Assembly: GCA_051942205.1 (NCBI GenBank)
Contig: JAVECO010000155.1
Coordinates: forward strand, 1-57,141
DNA from: Coniocarpon cinnabarinum
Lineage: Eukaryota
Reading direction: 5' to 3'
DNA: 57,141 nucleotides
In this document: piece after piece, positions 46,685 to 57,141 of the stretch
How the letters are laid out: the number at the start of each line of letters is the position of its first letter
How positions within the stretch are numbered: position 1 is the first letter of the stretch
Notes under the pieces: model-generated
What the model was told of the DNA's origin: nothing
Databases searched by the model: none
Seen by the model: only the letters and a program-made list of their open reading frames with translations
Translations under genes and position numbers: made by a program

Positions 46685-49240
46685 TTAACGTCGGAAGCGG
46701 AATAGATTCATGACACGCTGCGATGCTTTCGAGCTGCCGCTCTTCGGCTCGGTACTTTCCCTGAAGTTTTTATGCTCCTTCATTTGGGACGGCTTTGCAA
46801 ATCGATTCGATGCCAGCTTCTCCTGTGGGGAGGAGACAACGTCGCTATTCTTCCTATAAAAGCCGAATGACCGGCGCTTTGAGCCCTCGCCAGATTTGCG
46901 TGGAGGAGCAAGCTGTGCTGTGGGCGATTGCGTGGGTACCTGCTGCTCCTGGACCTGTTTCTGGTTCAAGCCATCTAAATCCTGATAAGTCATGGTGGTC
47001 GGAGGGTAAGATCTATCTGGCTTAGAGGCTGATGGTCTTCCTCCACGTCGACTCATGGAGGAGGCGCGGTTCAACAGCTTGTCCGAAATGCTGGTGAGCG
47101 TTGACGAGCGTTTGTGGGTCCGCGAGATCTTTTGAGCTTGATTAGGACCCTCGACCGCTGGTGGCATTCTCAGCCGGCCCTCAGAGTCGCGCTGCGTGGG
47201 GCTTGCGGGAAGCGGTTTGGACGTTGGTGCTGAAATCTGACCCTGCGCGTATTGGTGCTGGACTTCAGCTGACGACGGCTGCCCATACGATCCTCGCGAC
47301 GGGGGAATGATCCTTTGGCTCTGCGGTCGTGAGTAGCTAGTTCGATAATGGTCGAATGCAAGGTTGGTGGGTGGTATGACTCGGTTATCAGACGTTGAAC
47401 GAGTCACTTGGGCACGCTGCTGCCGTCTGCCTGTATCATGTGAAGGCCGTGCCTGTGCCGATCCATCACCTTTAGTTGCTGAAGAAGCCACAACCTCACG
47501 ATGTGACGCTGTGTCCGCTGAGCTCTCATGTAACACCAGAGGGCTGTCTTCGGGTACTTTTGGCTCGGATAGCTCGCGATTGTGTGAAGAGCGTGGCGGA
47601 ACGTACTCGACCTGAACGGTGCGACGCTTCTGCTCTCTTGGGGACCTTTTTTGGCGAGCTTCCATTTCCGCCTGCTTTTGTTGAGAAGTGCGTGCGTTCT
47701 CTGCGGGACCAGCACTGGCTAGGTTCTCAGAAGCTTGCCGTTGACTGGGTTTACTGCCCGAGTAGGTGTAGGTTTTGGGTCCCTTTTGTTTGTCGAGAGT
47801 CCCCTGGACCGTCCCCTTGGGCGACGAGAATTCGTATACGGGTATTTGCAATGCCTTCACTCGCTCGTATTCCTCAGGAGAGAGCTTCACGTTGCTAGTA
47901 ATGGCCTCAACGACGTGAGCGTAGTCCATCAGCCAGCTGTGCCTAGCTACTGTGAACAAGTCTGCCCGATTGTTAGGATCCGGGACGAGGATTTGTTTGA
48001 GGATGTCGCGAGCGTAGGCGGATACCCAATTCGGGAATATGAGTGGGGTCGAACAAATGTACTTGTAAAGTAGGTTGATGTTGTCACCTTCTGGATTGTC
48101 TGGATCGTCGTCGAAAGGCAGGTAGCCGGCCAACATGGCATAGAGAATGACCCCGCAACTCCAGACGTCGACCTTCTTTCCGCTGTAAAGTCCATCGCTC
48201 ACAACAAGCTCAGGCGCTGCGTAGCATGGGCTCCCACACGATGTCGACATGAGGTCGTCGTGCTTGTATCCCTCCTCTGTAGGAAGCGCGTGACCATCAC
48301 GATCCACAATCTTCCCATTCTTAAGCTCTGAATAGTCAAAGTTCTTTTCATGATCCTTTTCCAGATTGCTTCGACCCAAGGGATCAAATGTATTAGCAAA
48401 ACCAAAGTCTGTGATAATAATGTTGTGCTTGCTGTCGAGTAAGAGATTCTCGAGCTTGAGGTCTCTGTGAATGATTCCGTTCCGATGGAGGTAGCCGACC
48501 CCAGACACTAATTGTGCGAACAAGCGACGGGCCTGATTGTCATCGAGATGTCGCTTTTTTAAGATGTAGTCGAACAGCTCCCCTCCAGAAGCATATTCAA
48601 GGATGATGCCAATTGTGTGATCGGTCTCGACCATTTCGTACAAGTGAACGATATTTGGATGGTCCAACTGCTTCAAAATGGCAATCTCACGGTGCACTTT
48701 GGTCAAACGTCCAGGGGAGTCCAGCTTCTCCTTGCGAATGATTTTGACGGCAACCTGATTGCCGGAATCTTTTTTCCAGCCAATCTTTACTTTGCCAAAC
48801 TCGCCTTCGCCAAGCGTTGCTCCGAGGGTGTAGTCCCCAATGCGCATTCGATCGCCATGTTCAGCCGGTCGTTCGCGGGTAAAGTCTTGTCGCTTGGACA
48901 TATCGCGCGCGCAGCGCAGATCCTGATCAGACCCTGTTCGAGTGGCGACTGTATACCTAGATCGGTTTGTGGGTTCGTGTGGTCGCCAAGGAACAGTGTC
49001 CGGGCCAATGGATTCTAAGCAATGCTTGAACAAGGTCGATTCTATAGATCGCAGTGCTTGAAATGGGTTGGTGAAAGTCGTGCTGTATTTGTAGAGGTGC
49101 CTGGTCTGGTTTGGCACTGTGTCGTCCAGTAGACTATAAACCAGTGAAACACGTGGCTGAGAGAACACACGTTTGTGAGGTTTCCGAGATTGCTGGCGCT
49201 CTTTTAATTGGTCAAGCAGGCCCGTACTGAACACCTGCAA
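46685..49240 (-). CDS. Ser/Thr protein kinase, Kin4/Ppk1-like (CAMKL)
   Basis: LGEGEFGKVK, HRDLKLEN, DFG, TSCGSPCYAAPE and YLPFDDDPDNPEGDNINLLYKYI. The ORF-track start is TTG; the real ATG is probably ~48901 or in an upstream exon. Confidence 0.92.
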   Translation of the reverse strand: MQVFSTGLLDQLKERQQSRKPHKRVFSQPRVSLVYSLLDDTVPNQTRHLYKYSTTFTNPFQALRSIESTLFKHCLESIGPDTVPWRPHEPTNRSRYTVATRTGSDQDLRCARDMSKRQDFTRERPAEHGDRMRIGDYTLGATLGEGEFGKVKIGWKKDSGNQVAVKIIRKEKLDSPGRLTKVHREIAILKQLDHPNIVHLYEMVETDHTIGIILEYASGGELFDYILKKRHLDDNQARRLFAQLVSGVGYLHRNGIIHRDLKLENLLLDSKHNIIITDFGFANTFDPLGRSNLEKDHEKNFDYSELKNGKIVDRDGHALPTEEGYKHDDLMSTSCGSPCYAAPELVVSDGLYSGKKVDVWSCGVILYAMLAGYLPFDDDPDNPEGDNINLLYKYICSTPLIFPNWVSAYARDILKQILVPDPNNRADLFTVARHSWLMDYAHVVEAITSNVKLSPEEYERVKALQIPVYEFSSPKGTVQGTLDKQKGPKTYTYSGSKPSQRQASENLASAGPAENARTSQQKQAEMEARQKRSPREQKRRTVQVEYVPPRSSHNRELSEPKVPEDSPLVLHESSADTASHREVVASSATKGDGSAQARPSHDTGRRQQRAQVTRSTSDNRVIPPTNLAFDHYRTSYSRPQSQRIIPPSRGSYGQPSSAEVQHQYAQGQISAPTSKPLPASPTQRDSEGRLRMPPAVEGPNQAQKISRTHKRSSTLTSISDKLLNRASSMSRRGGRPSASKPDRSYPPTTMTYQDLDGLNQKQVQEQQVPTQSPTAQLAPPRKSGEGSKRRSFGFYRKNSDVVSSPQEKLASNRFAKPSQMKEHKNFRESTEPKSGSSKASQRVMNLFRFRR

Positions 49241-50938
49241 TCACATCAGCAAGTCCGTTGCAACAGGCAGGCCATCGCGATTGGCAGCAAGAGCAAGCAC
49301 GTTGATCACGGACGTAAACCGAGCATTCACCCGCAATGAACGCCAGCAGTTGCAACGCGTTGTGCGGAGCGATACAACTGAGCGAGATTTTGTGTCGAGC
49401 CGAGACGAGAGGAACAGAACAATATAAAGAGGCAGTCTAGACCGTCGAGCAGATGAATGTTTCTATCAAGTGTGACGTTGAAGAAAGTGGTGCCCAACGT
49501 TAGGCGTCGCGTGTGAGATATTCCCCTCGTTATGAGGAGAGATGGGAGACAGGCAAGCACAACAGCTACACACAAGGAGACCCGTACAACAGATGTGCGG
49601 TGGAGCGCGGCTTCCCGCTGAACTGTACTAGTTCGAGCTGGAAGGCGTCTGGATCGACCGGAGCTGTGACGATTGCGTAGGACTTTGGCAACTTTGCAAG
49701 AGCCCGCAAGAGGACAGTCGTGCGATTGACAGACAGCATTCACGCACTCACCGCAGGTCCCAGCGGCGACCGATCGGGCGCAGACATGTTTGAGAGGATG
49801 GAAAGGTACGACGAACAGCCAAGGCAGATTGTAGCTTCCAGGAGTGGGAATCGAAATGTCAGAAGCACCGTAACCGATCTCGCGAGCCTGTCGAGTACGC
49901 AAAGAGGCAAGTCTGCGAAGGATGAAGGTGGAAGACGAGAGTGCTTGATCGTGGAGGGAGGAAAACGGGATGGCGGGGAGGGGACTCACTAGGACCGATA
50001 GGGCTGTTCAAGCGCACGTCATGATTGCTGCAGGTCGAGGTGATGTGAGTGGAGTCCAGACACGAGGCCGGCGAGGGGGCAGAGGGCAGCTGGCAGAGCG
50101 ATGGGCGCTGGGAGTGGGAAGGAGCTTTGCTGGGTGGACAGGAGGAGGCGCGTCGGTGGCTCAGGTTTGATACGACAGATGGAAAGAGAGGAAGGACTCG
50201 CCGGCTCGTTAGCAGGCGGGCCGAGCTACATAAGCGCCGACGAGCGCCGGCCCAGTTTACCGGCGGCTAGGGTTAGTTCGGTGCCGAGCACGCCGAGTCG
50301 CCTTACAGCCGATGCCCGCCCCGCCGTCTCGCCTGCGCTTTCCGCGCCGTCACGTGTCAGCAGAGCTGTTAGGGGCGGCTATGCACGGCACGGCGCACCT
50401 GACGCCCGCCGCTGCTGTAAAGTGTCCCGTCCAGTAGGCGCGCCTAGGTTGCGCCAAATCTCCGGCCTCGTCAACCTCATCTGGGCCTCTGGACGCCCCT
50501 CGAAGAAGAACAGCCTCGTCACACAGGTGACGACTCACTCAGATAATGTTCGAGGGAACCATCCATGTATCTCCCCAAGCAGTGGACAGCGATCATGCGT
50601 CCTCTCCGCCGCATCCACCACCAGCGTCTCGTCCTCGATGTATTTCCTGCCGGGGCCCCAACAACAGCCTCTCGGAGGTCCCTGGGCGTGTGAAATCAGC
50701 TTCCAGGATTGCATACCGGCTTGCTCGGAGCAAAGTCGACCACCGATCGAGCCGTCTGAGCCTTCGCCGCATGCATTCAATTCACTGCACTTTATAACGT
50801 GTCGGGAGGAGTTTGTGCAGGCTATACATGTGCAAGTCGCAAACGCAAAGCCGCCTTGGCCTCCATGTGCCGGCGGCGAATCTAGAACCCGGGCAATATA
50901 AGTACATTCGCTCACGACGTTTCCTCCTTGAAGAGCCT

Positions 50939-52452
50939 CTACACCATCAGGCCAATCTCGTCGGCGTACGGAAGCTGGAATAGATCGCCTACTGTGCTCA
51001 CAGACGCCTTAAAGTCCAACAGGGCCTTGGCAGCCTCCCTCACCTGCGTGTCTGACACATTTCTGATCTTCTCTGCGCTCTCATCCAATTGATATGGCCT
51101 GCCCGTCTGCACAAGTCCTGCCCCGGTGAGCTCGAGACCGGCCATGTTTTCTTGGCCGTACTCCAATTCCTTAAATTGTGCCACTGCTCTTGCTTTCTTG
51201 ATGTCTTCAGTGCTGATTTCCCCAGCAGCGATTTTCTTGATTGTCGACACGGTCTCGGCAGCTGCTTCAGCCACAGCGGGCGCAGGTCCCGTGATGGTGG
51301 TGTGCAATAAACCAGCATCTGAATAAATGGACGAGCCTGTATTAATGTGAAGGCCGGGCCGCTGTCCTGCAATCTTGGCTAGCAAGCTGAAACCGGACGT
51401 CCACTTGATGGAGGATCGTCCTCCCAGCAAGGCAGCCAAAACTGCGATCTCGGGTTTATAGAACCCACCAGTCAGACTACTGCTTCCAGGGAACGCGAGT
51501 ACCATGGCGTTTCCTTTGGCATGTGCTATCCGCTCCTCACCACCATAGTATTTCGTCTGTTCTGTCTCGACAAGCTCGGGAACTCCTTCCATCGGCTGAG
51601 TTCGTAGATTCGATATATATTCCCCGGCCCACTTGCTCAGTTCCGAGTGTTCGGCGCCATTGGCAACGAGTGCAACGTTGGGCTTGACGTAGGCAAGGGT
51701 ACTGTAGGCGCCAATTGCTTCCGCGGACAGGTACTTTGTGAGTGGAGAAGAGGACGTTGGATGGACTGGCTCGCCCAAGCCCCGATGGAACGCCAACCCA
51801 TGCGCTGAGGCCAGAGCAAGCTCATTGACCTTGCCAAGCTGATGCCTCTGTGCCTCATGGATTTGTTCCATAACCTGCTCGACGAATTCGTGATCTAGCA
51901 AGGACGTCGTGTCAGTATAGAAAGTTTCAAGAACGGACGCTCGCCCTGAAACTTGAACGAACCTTTGTACTCGGTCAGGGTGGCCACTTCACCCAGCAGC
52001 TCCACGTAGTAAGGCAAGTCATCGCGAAAGAATTTGGCGCCAATGATGACGCTTTCGCGGGTATGGGAAGAGAACAGCGTCGCCCCGAAAAGCTCGGATT
52101 CTCGCACGATGCGCAGGGGGGACCTTCGTTCGGTAGTCTATGCAGACACGTCAGTCTTCATCTGACAAATCGCATTCGTGACGCCTTGACGCACTCGAAA
52201 TGCAAATTTCTCTAGACCTTCTGCTAAGCCCGGTAATGGCTGATACCGCGTCCCAGCTTTAGCAACGAGGGCGAGAGTAGTCGTAGGACCAGCAAGATCA
52301 CGACTAGCAAGCTTCACACCACCAGCTTCACTGGTTTGGTAGGAGAAAGTTCCAGACGAAGGCGCAGCCAGAGCTCGACGGAAGACCAGGGGCGTGCGCA
52401 GTGATGAATTGCGGAAGGCAGCTCTACAGGCCGGACCTGGCCAGAGCGCCAT
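50939..52452 (-). CDS. QCR2: Cytochrome bc1 complex core protein 2; two introns (~52138..52194, ~51896..51962)
   Basis: Mitochondrial presequence; AKAGTRYQ...LEKFAF, RSPLRIVRESELFG, YYGGEERIAH and GDLFQLPYADEIGL. Confidence 0.93.
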
Positions 52453-53608
52453 TCTTATGACTCCACACGAGCAATGAACAGGTGGAGACTCTTGTAAGGC
52501 GGGCCTAAACTTCAGTATCGCGCAAGTAAGACAGCATAGTCGAGGGAGCACGGTAGGTATTATCCAGGCAGGTTGCGAAGAATCTCAGCGCTAGCTTATT
52601 CGAGTAACATTGGATCTGAGGCTTCAGGTATATAACTTCGAATCACCCGACACTCACTCATCGTCCGGACCTGAAAACACTCTGGGTTGCGACATCCTCC
52701 ATTAACAAGCAGTCGGTCCGCAGACTGAGTGAAAGCAGTCACTGCAGCGGTTGACCGCCGACTAACAATACGTATGATTTGCGTGGGTACGTGCTCTCAC
52801 TGCTTGAGTCGATGTGAAATAGTTCACATCCAATCCTGGGCAGCCTTTTCGACGCCCCTGAGAATCATCTGACGTGTATGGACTTCATTAAAAGGACGTC
52901 ACGTGTCGCGCGGGGAGAAATAGAAAGGTTGCCTGACTGCCAATTCTCACAAACAAGTCGCATGTGAATATTGGTAGAGCACGCATAACTGTGCGAAGAT
53001 ATAGGATCGCTACGGAGATTTTGCTGACCGTTGTTAAGGTACGACATGGCGATGAAGTCTTTCATACTTACCAACACTCGACTAATACTAGACAATGATG
53101 GATAGTGCAGTACTCGAGTGTGAAGAGTCTTTGAGTTCACGCGGCCTTCCAAGATCTCTTCCAAGAGGCCATTGAATGCTCCTCCAAGGTTCGATCATTT
53201 GCCAAAGGCGCGGTGTGCCCGGAAATCCTTCCTTGACGACGCGAAGCAATCACATGTCTGTGTCTGAGGTGAGTCTGGCGCAAGTTCCAGGCTCGAGCTC
53301 CGCACCTCGATATGACCCGCAGCATTCTCTTTTTCGAGGCTGTTGGATTGGACTCTGGACCGGAGTAGGCGGCATGCCGAGCTTGAAATTTCGCATAAAG
53401 GTAGAGGGCGTCTGCATTTCAGGATGCTGTGTGGAACTGAATTGAGTTGACGGTAGTCCGCCTCTGTTCCTGCCATGTCAGTATGAAGCGCCTAAGTGAA
53501 ACTCTGTACGGACTTTGTGCCTGACTCTGCCTGCCAAGTGGGCCAGAGCATCAGCAGGGAGTCGGGGGAAACATCACGCACCTGAGTGTTACTTTGTCGC
53601 ATTGCTAC

Positions 53609-54428
53609 TTACACAGGCAAATTGAATTTCTTGCCTTGTAGCACTTTCACGTAGTAGATGTAGAAGAAGTCGGAATAGAGCACAGTTTGAAGAATGCCAG
53701 CAATGACAGCGATAGGCTCAAGGCTGTTTTTTGTGTCCGTGAAGAAGCGCCATATCCAATTTAGGATGTAAAAGGCTCTGTATATCCCAAGTGCAAATAG
53801 ATAGTGCGTCGTAATAGTCTCCGCTTCTCCCGTCCTTTGCAACATGAAGAGTTGCGGAAGTATTGCGACCGATTCCAACCATATTGAAAAGGTCCATAGG
53901 ATTTCTGTAGGGGAGTACAGGAAGCGATTGGGGACGAGAACAGCCAGTACAGCACTCGCGCCGAGGAGGTACTCAACTTTGAATGTGTCGATGTTGGGGT
54001 CATTTGTCGGTTTGTAATCATTCAACATAAGGTAGAGGATGTATGCAGAGGAAGCCAGATAGGCAATTTTGAAAAGCGTGTTGTATAGCGAGTCTGGGCT
54101 GAACGCAGTCCAAAAAAGATCTAGACTATTGGGTAAGCGCACGATCTCGACTTGATAGAAGATAAAGCGAGGCACTCACCGAGGTACCTGGTAACATACA
54201 CAAGGAAATACAACAGCTGGCTTTTGAAAGATATACCTGATGCTGACTACAGCGCTTGTAAGCTAGGAAGAACCAAGTGGGAGAAGGCGCGCACGTTTGA
54301 GGTTCGCATTTTGTGCAGGAGTATGAGGATAGACATTAAATGAGAGAGGTCTCCTTGAGCGGCGTCAGCGTACACAGTGTTGCCAACTCGAGGGAACTTC
54401 GCGCACCCAAGAGCCGAAAAATGTTCAT
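53609..54428 (-). CDS. ERD2: ER lumen protein-retaining (HDEL) receptor, several 5' introns
   Basis: MNIFRLL, ISFKSQ...VTRYLDLF, WLESVAILPQL, AETITTHYLFALG.YRA.Y..NW and QTVLYSDFFYIY. Confidence 0.96.
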
Positions 54429-54741
54429 CGTGTCGGGAAGACTCAAGCGAACAAAATGAGGATGATGGTGTCCTCTGCAGTTCTCAACGACAACAAAGCT
54501 CTTGAGTCGGTTTCACGTTGGCAGTCTGGCTCATCGCGCCAGTAGGTGCTATAGACAGATCTGTCGATTTGGAATTCTTCTTTATGGAAGTGTCTATGTT
54601 TCCCTGGGCGCTAGTGTGGGTGGTAAGGTCGTCGCTTGCAAGAATGTTAGTCAAAGTAAGCGTGGTAAGGTACCTGTCTCTAGGTGAGGGTCCTTAAAGC
54701 CTCACCCGACAGCGCGGCACTAAATTCTGCACTAACCTTTT

Positions 54742-54981
54742 TATAGTGAGGTCTCTACCAAAATAAGGTCTCTATAGAACGCGCTTACGCGTTAATTATA
54801 TATTATCACTATTGTCGTCGTTGTCGTCGTTTTAAAGCCTTAATATACTACTAAATAATATAATATAGACGTATTATTTTTTTATATAAAAGCCCTTAAC
54901 CTTCTACGCACTTACTATTATATAGTTTATTAATATCTATTATACGTTAAAGGCCTTAGTCGCCTTTTTTCTCTTTATAGT
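54742..54981. repeat. AT-rich RIP-like repeat remnant flanking the LTR
   Basis: TpA-rich composition continues outside the LTR boundary. Starts TA-TAGTGAGGTCTC, with AGGTCTCTA present twice. Confidence 0.45.
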
Positions 54982-55167
54982 TGTAAGGATCGCGACCTAG
55001 AAGCTCTTATTGCTACCTAAGGACGGCCTAACTACAAAGGACGTTGCATAGAGAAGAAGGAAGCTTCTCTGCAACGAGTCTATCTTAAATAATTGTGTGC
55101 TAAGCTCTTAGGGTTATATACCCTATCGTATTACGTGATACCCTGTATCTAGGTCTAAATTCTTATA
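54982..55167 (-). repeat. 3' LTR (~186 bp), preceded by a polypurine tract at 55168..55182
   Basis: Termini TGTAAGGAT...ATTCTTATA form an inverted repeat differing only by transitions. The minus-strand PPT AGAAGGGGGGAGTAA abuts it. Confidence 0.7.
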
Positions 55168-57141
55168 TTACTCCCCCCTTCTATGTACCAAGCTCCTACT
55201 TAGATATATTTATATTTAGCTATTATATCTTGTTTGCTACTACTAGTAGTATAGTTAACTATAGAGAGCCGCCTCTTAGAATAGGGTAGCAAAACTGTTA
55301 CTAGTTAAATATCTAATTTCTTTTTGTAGTACTTAGAGAGGGTATTTAATTGCCTAAATAGATTTGCTAGGCCTAGGGCGTAGAGGGTAGGCTTAATAAT
55401 AGGCGTCTTTAGTTTCTTGTGTATTGTTAATATTCTTTTAGGGTTTCTATGTTGGTTCTTAATAACCTACCTATTTAACTAGGTATTAGAGCTTATAGTA
55501 TTAATACTTTAAGTCTAGGATATCCTTAACTTTATATAAGGGTAGGCTTTTTTCTTAGACTTCTAGAGGTGGTAGCTGTTGCTATAGTTATTTAGGGTAG
55601 GCGTCTAGGGAATATAGACATAGTAAAGAGACATAAAATCTATTGTTAATCTTTATACCTTAGGAAAGCTTAAGCTAAGCGACTAGAGGCGTCTTTATTC
55701 TAATTATTTTATAGGGACCTACGCGGATTAAGTCGAGCTTTGCTAAGGGCCTTTAGCATTATAAGTGCCTAATATTAAGGAAGACTTAATTGCTAGCTTT
55801 TAACTAGGGGGCTAGTAGGCGGTGCTTGTTTACTAAGCTTACCTAAGCTACCTATACTAATTATAGAGCCTTATTATAATATTAGTAGATACGCTCTATA
55901 TCCTAGGTAAAGCCTATAGCGGGCTAGGGTTAGTGTGCTATTAATTTAGGCTTAAACTATATCTAGGGGTAGTGTCTAAAAGCTGCAAAGAAGGGGGAGT
56001 TGCTAGTGCTCGCATTAATATAGTTATTAGCGTAGAACTCTATAATAGAGAGCTATTTTGTCTAATCGTCTTATAGGTAGTTAATATAGTGCCTTAAGTA
56101 GGTTGCTAACGTTTAATTTACCTATTTAGTTTATCTGTCTGTTTCTAGATAATAGGCGGTAGAAAGCTTATAGTTGATACCTAGTTTTTTGTAGAAGGTA
56201 TTCTAAAACTTAGACAAGAAGGCTAAACCTTGGTCTAATACTAGGGAGTCTAGTAGCCTAGTAAATTAAAAGATATATTTAATAAACGCTTCTATGGTAG
56301 ACTTTATAGTAATATTAAGTATAGGAACTAGCTAAACTTACTTAGTAAGCCTATTAATAATTTATAGAATATGTTAAAACTTCTACTCTCTATACTTGCT
56401 TATAGGTAGCAGGCTAACAAAGTTAAGAGTTAGATAATAGAAAGCCTTCTAGGAGCCCTCTAGTAGGTATAATAAGCCTAGGGGCTTTCTAGTTAAGTAA
56501 TTATTTTGTTTGTAGCTCTTATAGCTACAATAGAACTAGAGAACGTCTTAGTATATACTAGGCTAAAAGTATTAGCAGCGAAGAAGAGTAAAGAGCGCGG
56601 TAGATTCTTAATATCTATATAGGGGTAATTTATAAAAGTACTATAAAAGGGTTACTCTAACTAACTTAAGGATATAGTCCTTCTTATAGTACTAAAACTT
56701 ATGCTCTATTAGCTAGTAGTAAGGTAGTTTAAGCTTAACGTTAGTAGCCGCGCTTTATTAAAGCTTTTCTTAGATTCTTTAAGCTAGTAGGTCTATATAA
56801 TAGGCTTTTTACTAATTAATATCTATTTAGTCTATACTAGTATTCTATTTAGGTTTAATTAGAGTAGGTCTTAGGATTTAATATAGCTTAAGTAATTGCT
56901 ATATACGCTACTAGACCTAGTTATTCTCTACTAACTAGAGATAGTTAGTAGAGATCCTAGTAAGAGTATTAGGTTTGCTATTTTACTTACCTAGGCGGTG
57001 CTAAATCTAGAAATTAAATTAGAATAGGAATTCGCTCTAATAAGCTTATCTAGCTATAAGCTTCTTTATTAATATAAAGTATTCTAGGTTCTTATAGTTA
57101 GATAGAACTTATATAGGCTAATTAATAGACTTAAGCTTAGC
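54982..57141 (-). mobile_element. RIP-degenerated Ty3/gypsy (chromovirus) LTR retrotransposon, 3' part; runs off the window
   Basis: Abrupt AT-rich, TpA-rich, stop-riddled sequence. Reverting TA to CA/TG restores integrase motifs (PETDGQTE.VNQTL.TYLR at ~56095-56150; VSDQG..F.SKFW at ~56205-56245) and a chromodomain (QYLVKWVGY at ~55462-55488). Confidence 0.88.

Noticed and set aside
49240..50900. GC-rich region with 220-266-aa ORFs between the kinase and QCR2
   Set aside because: Low-complexity translations without domains; consistent with the kinase promoter and a long intron-containing 5' UTR.
1..57141. tRNA, rRNA or CRISPR arrays
   Set aside because: None recognised; this is eukaryotic sequence without repeat-spacer structure.

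Overview
This is gene-dense genomic DNA from a filamentous ascomycete (Pezizomycotina). The assignment rests on short GT-AG introns with CTRAC branch sites, a DHN-melanin scytalone dehydratase and a RIP-mutated repeat; the species cannot be determined. About 24 protein-coding genes can be modelled by eye. The 5' ~15 kb is accessory-looking: an orphan ORF, a cluster of three BTB/POZ genes plus a probable BTB pseudogene, and a head-to-head pair of nucleotidyltransferase-fold genes. One of that pair has an intact GG-x8-R-x-T-x-DVD motif visible only after splicing; the other is degenerate. URA4 and a SCOC/SLO1-like gene lie among them. The middle holds conserved genes: SCD1, CCC2, glyoxalase-like, CsbD-like, aldo-keto reductase, GPX, a WSC protein, KTI12, ARMC8/VID28, a PHO80 cyclin, the divergent lamB/lamA pair, an AIF-like oxidoreductase, a Kin4-like kinase, QCR2 and ERD2. 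The last ~2.4 kb is an AT-rich, RIP-destroyed Ty3/gypsy chromovirus with a recognisable 3' LTR. The best leads are the NTase gene pair, a single-nucleotide exon and GC-AG intron needed to build lamB, and a C-terminal Cys motif shared by two BTB paralogs. All gene models were made by manual reading; no searches were run.
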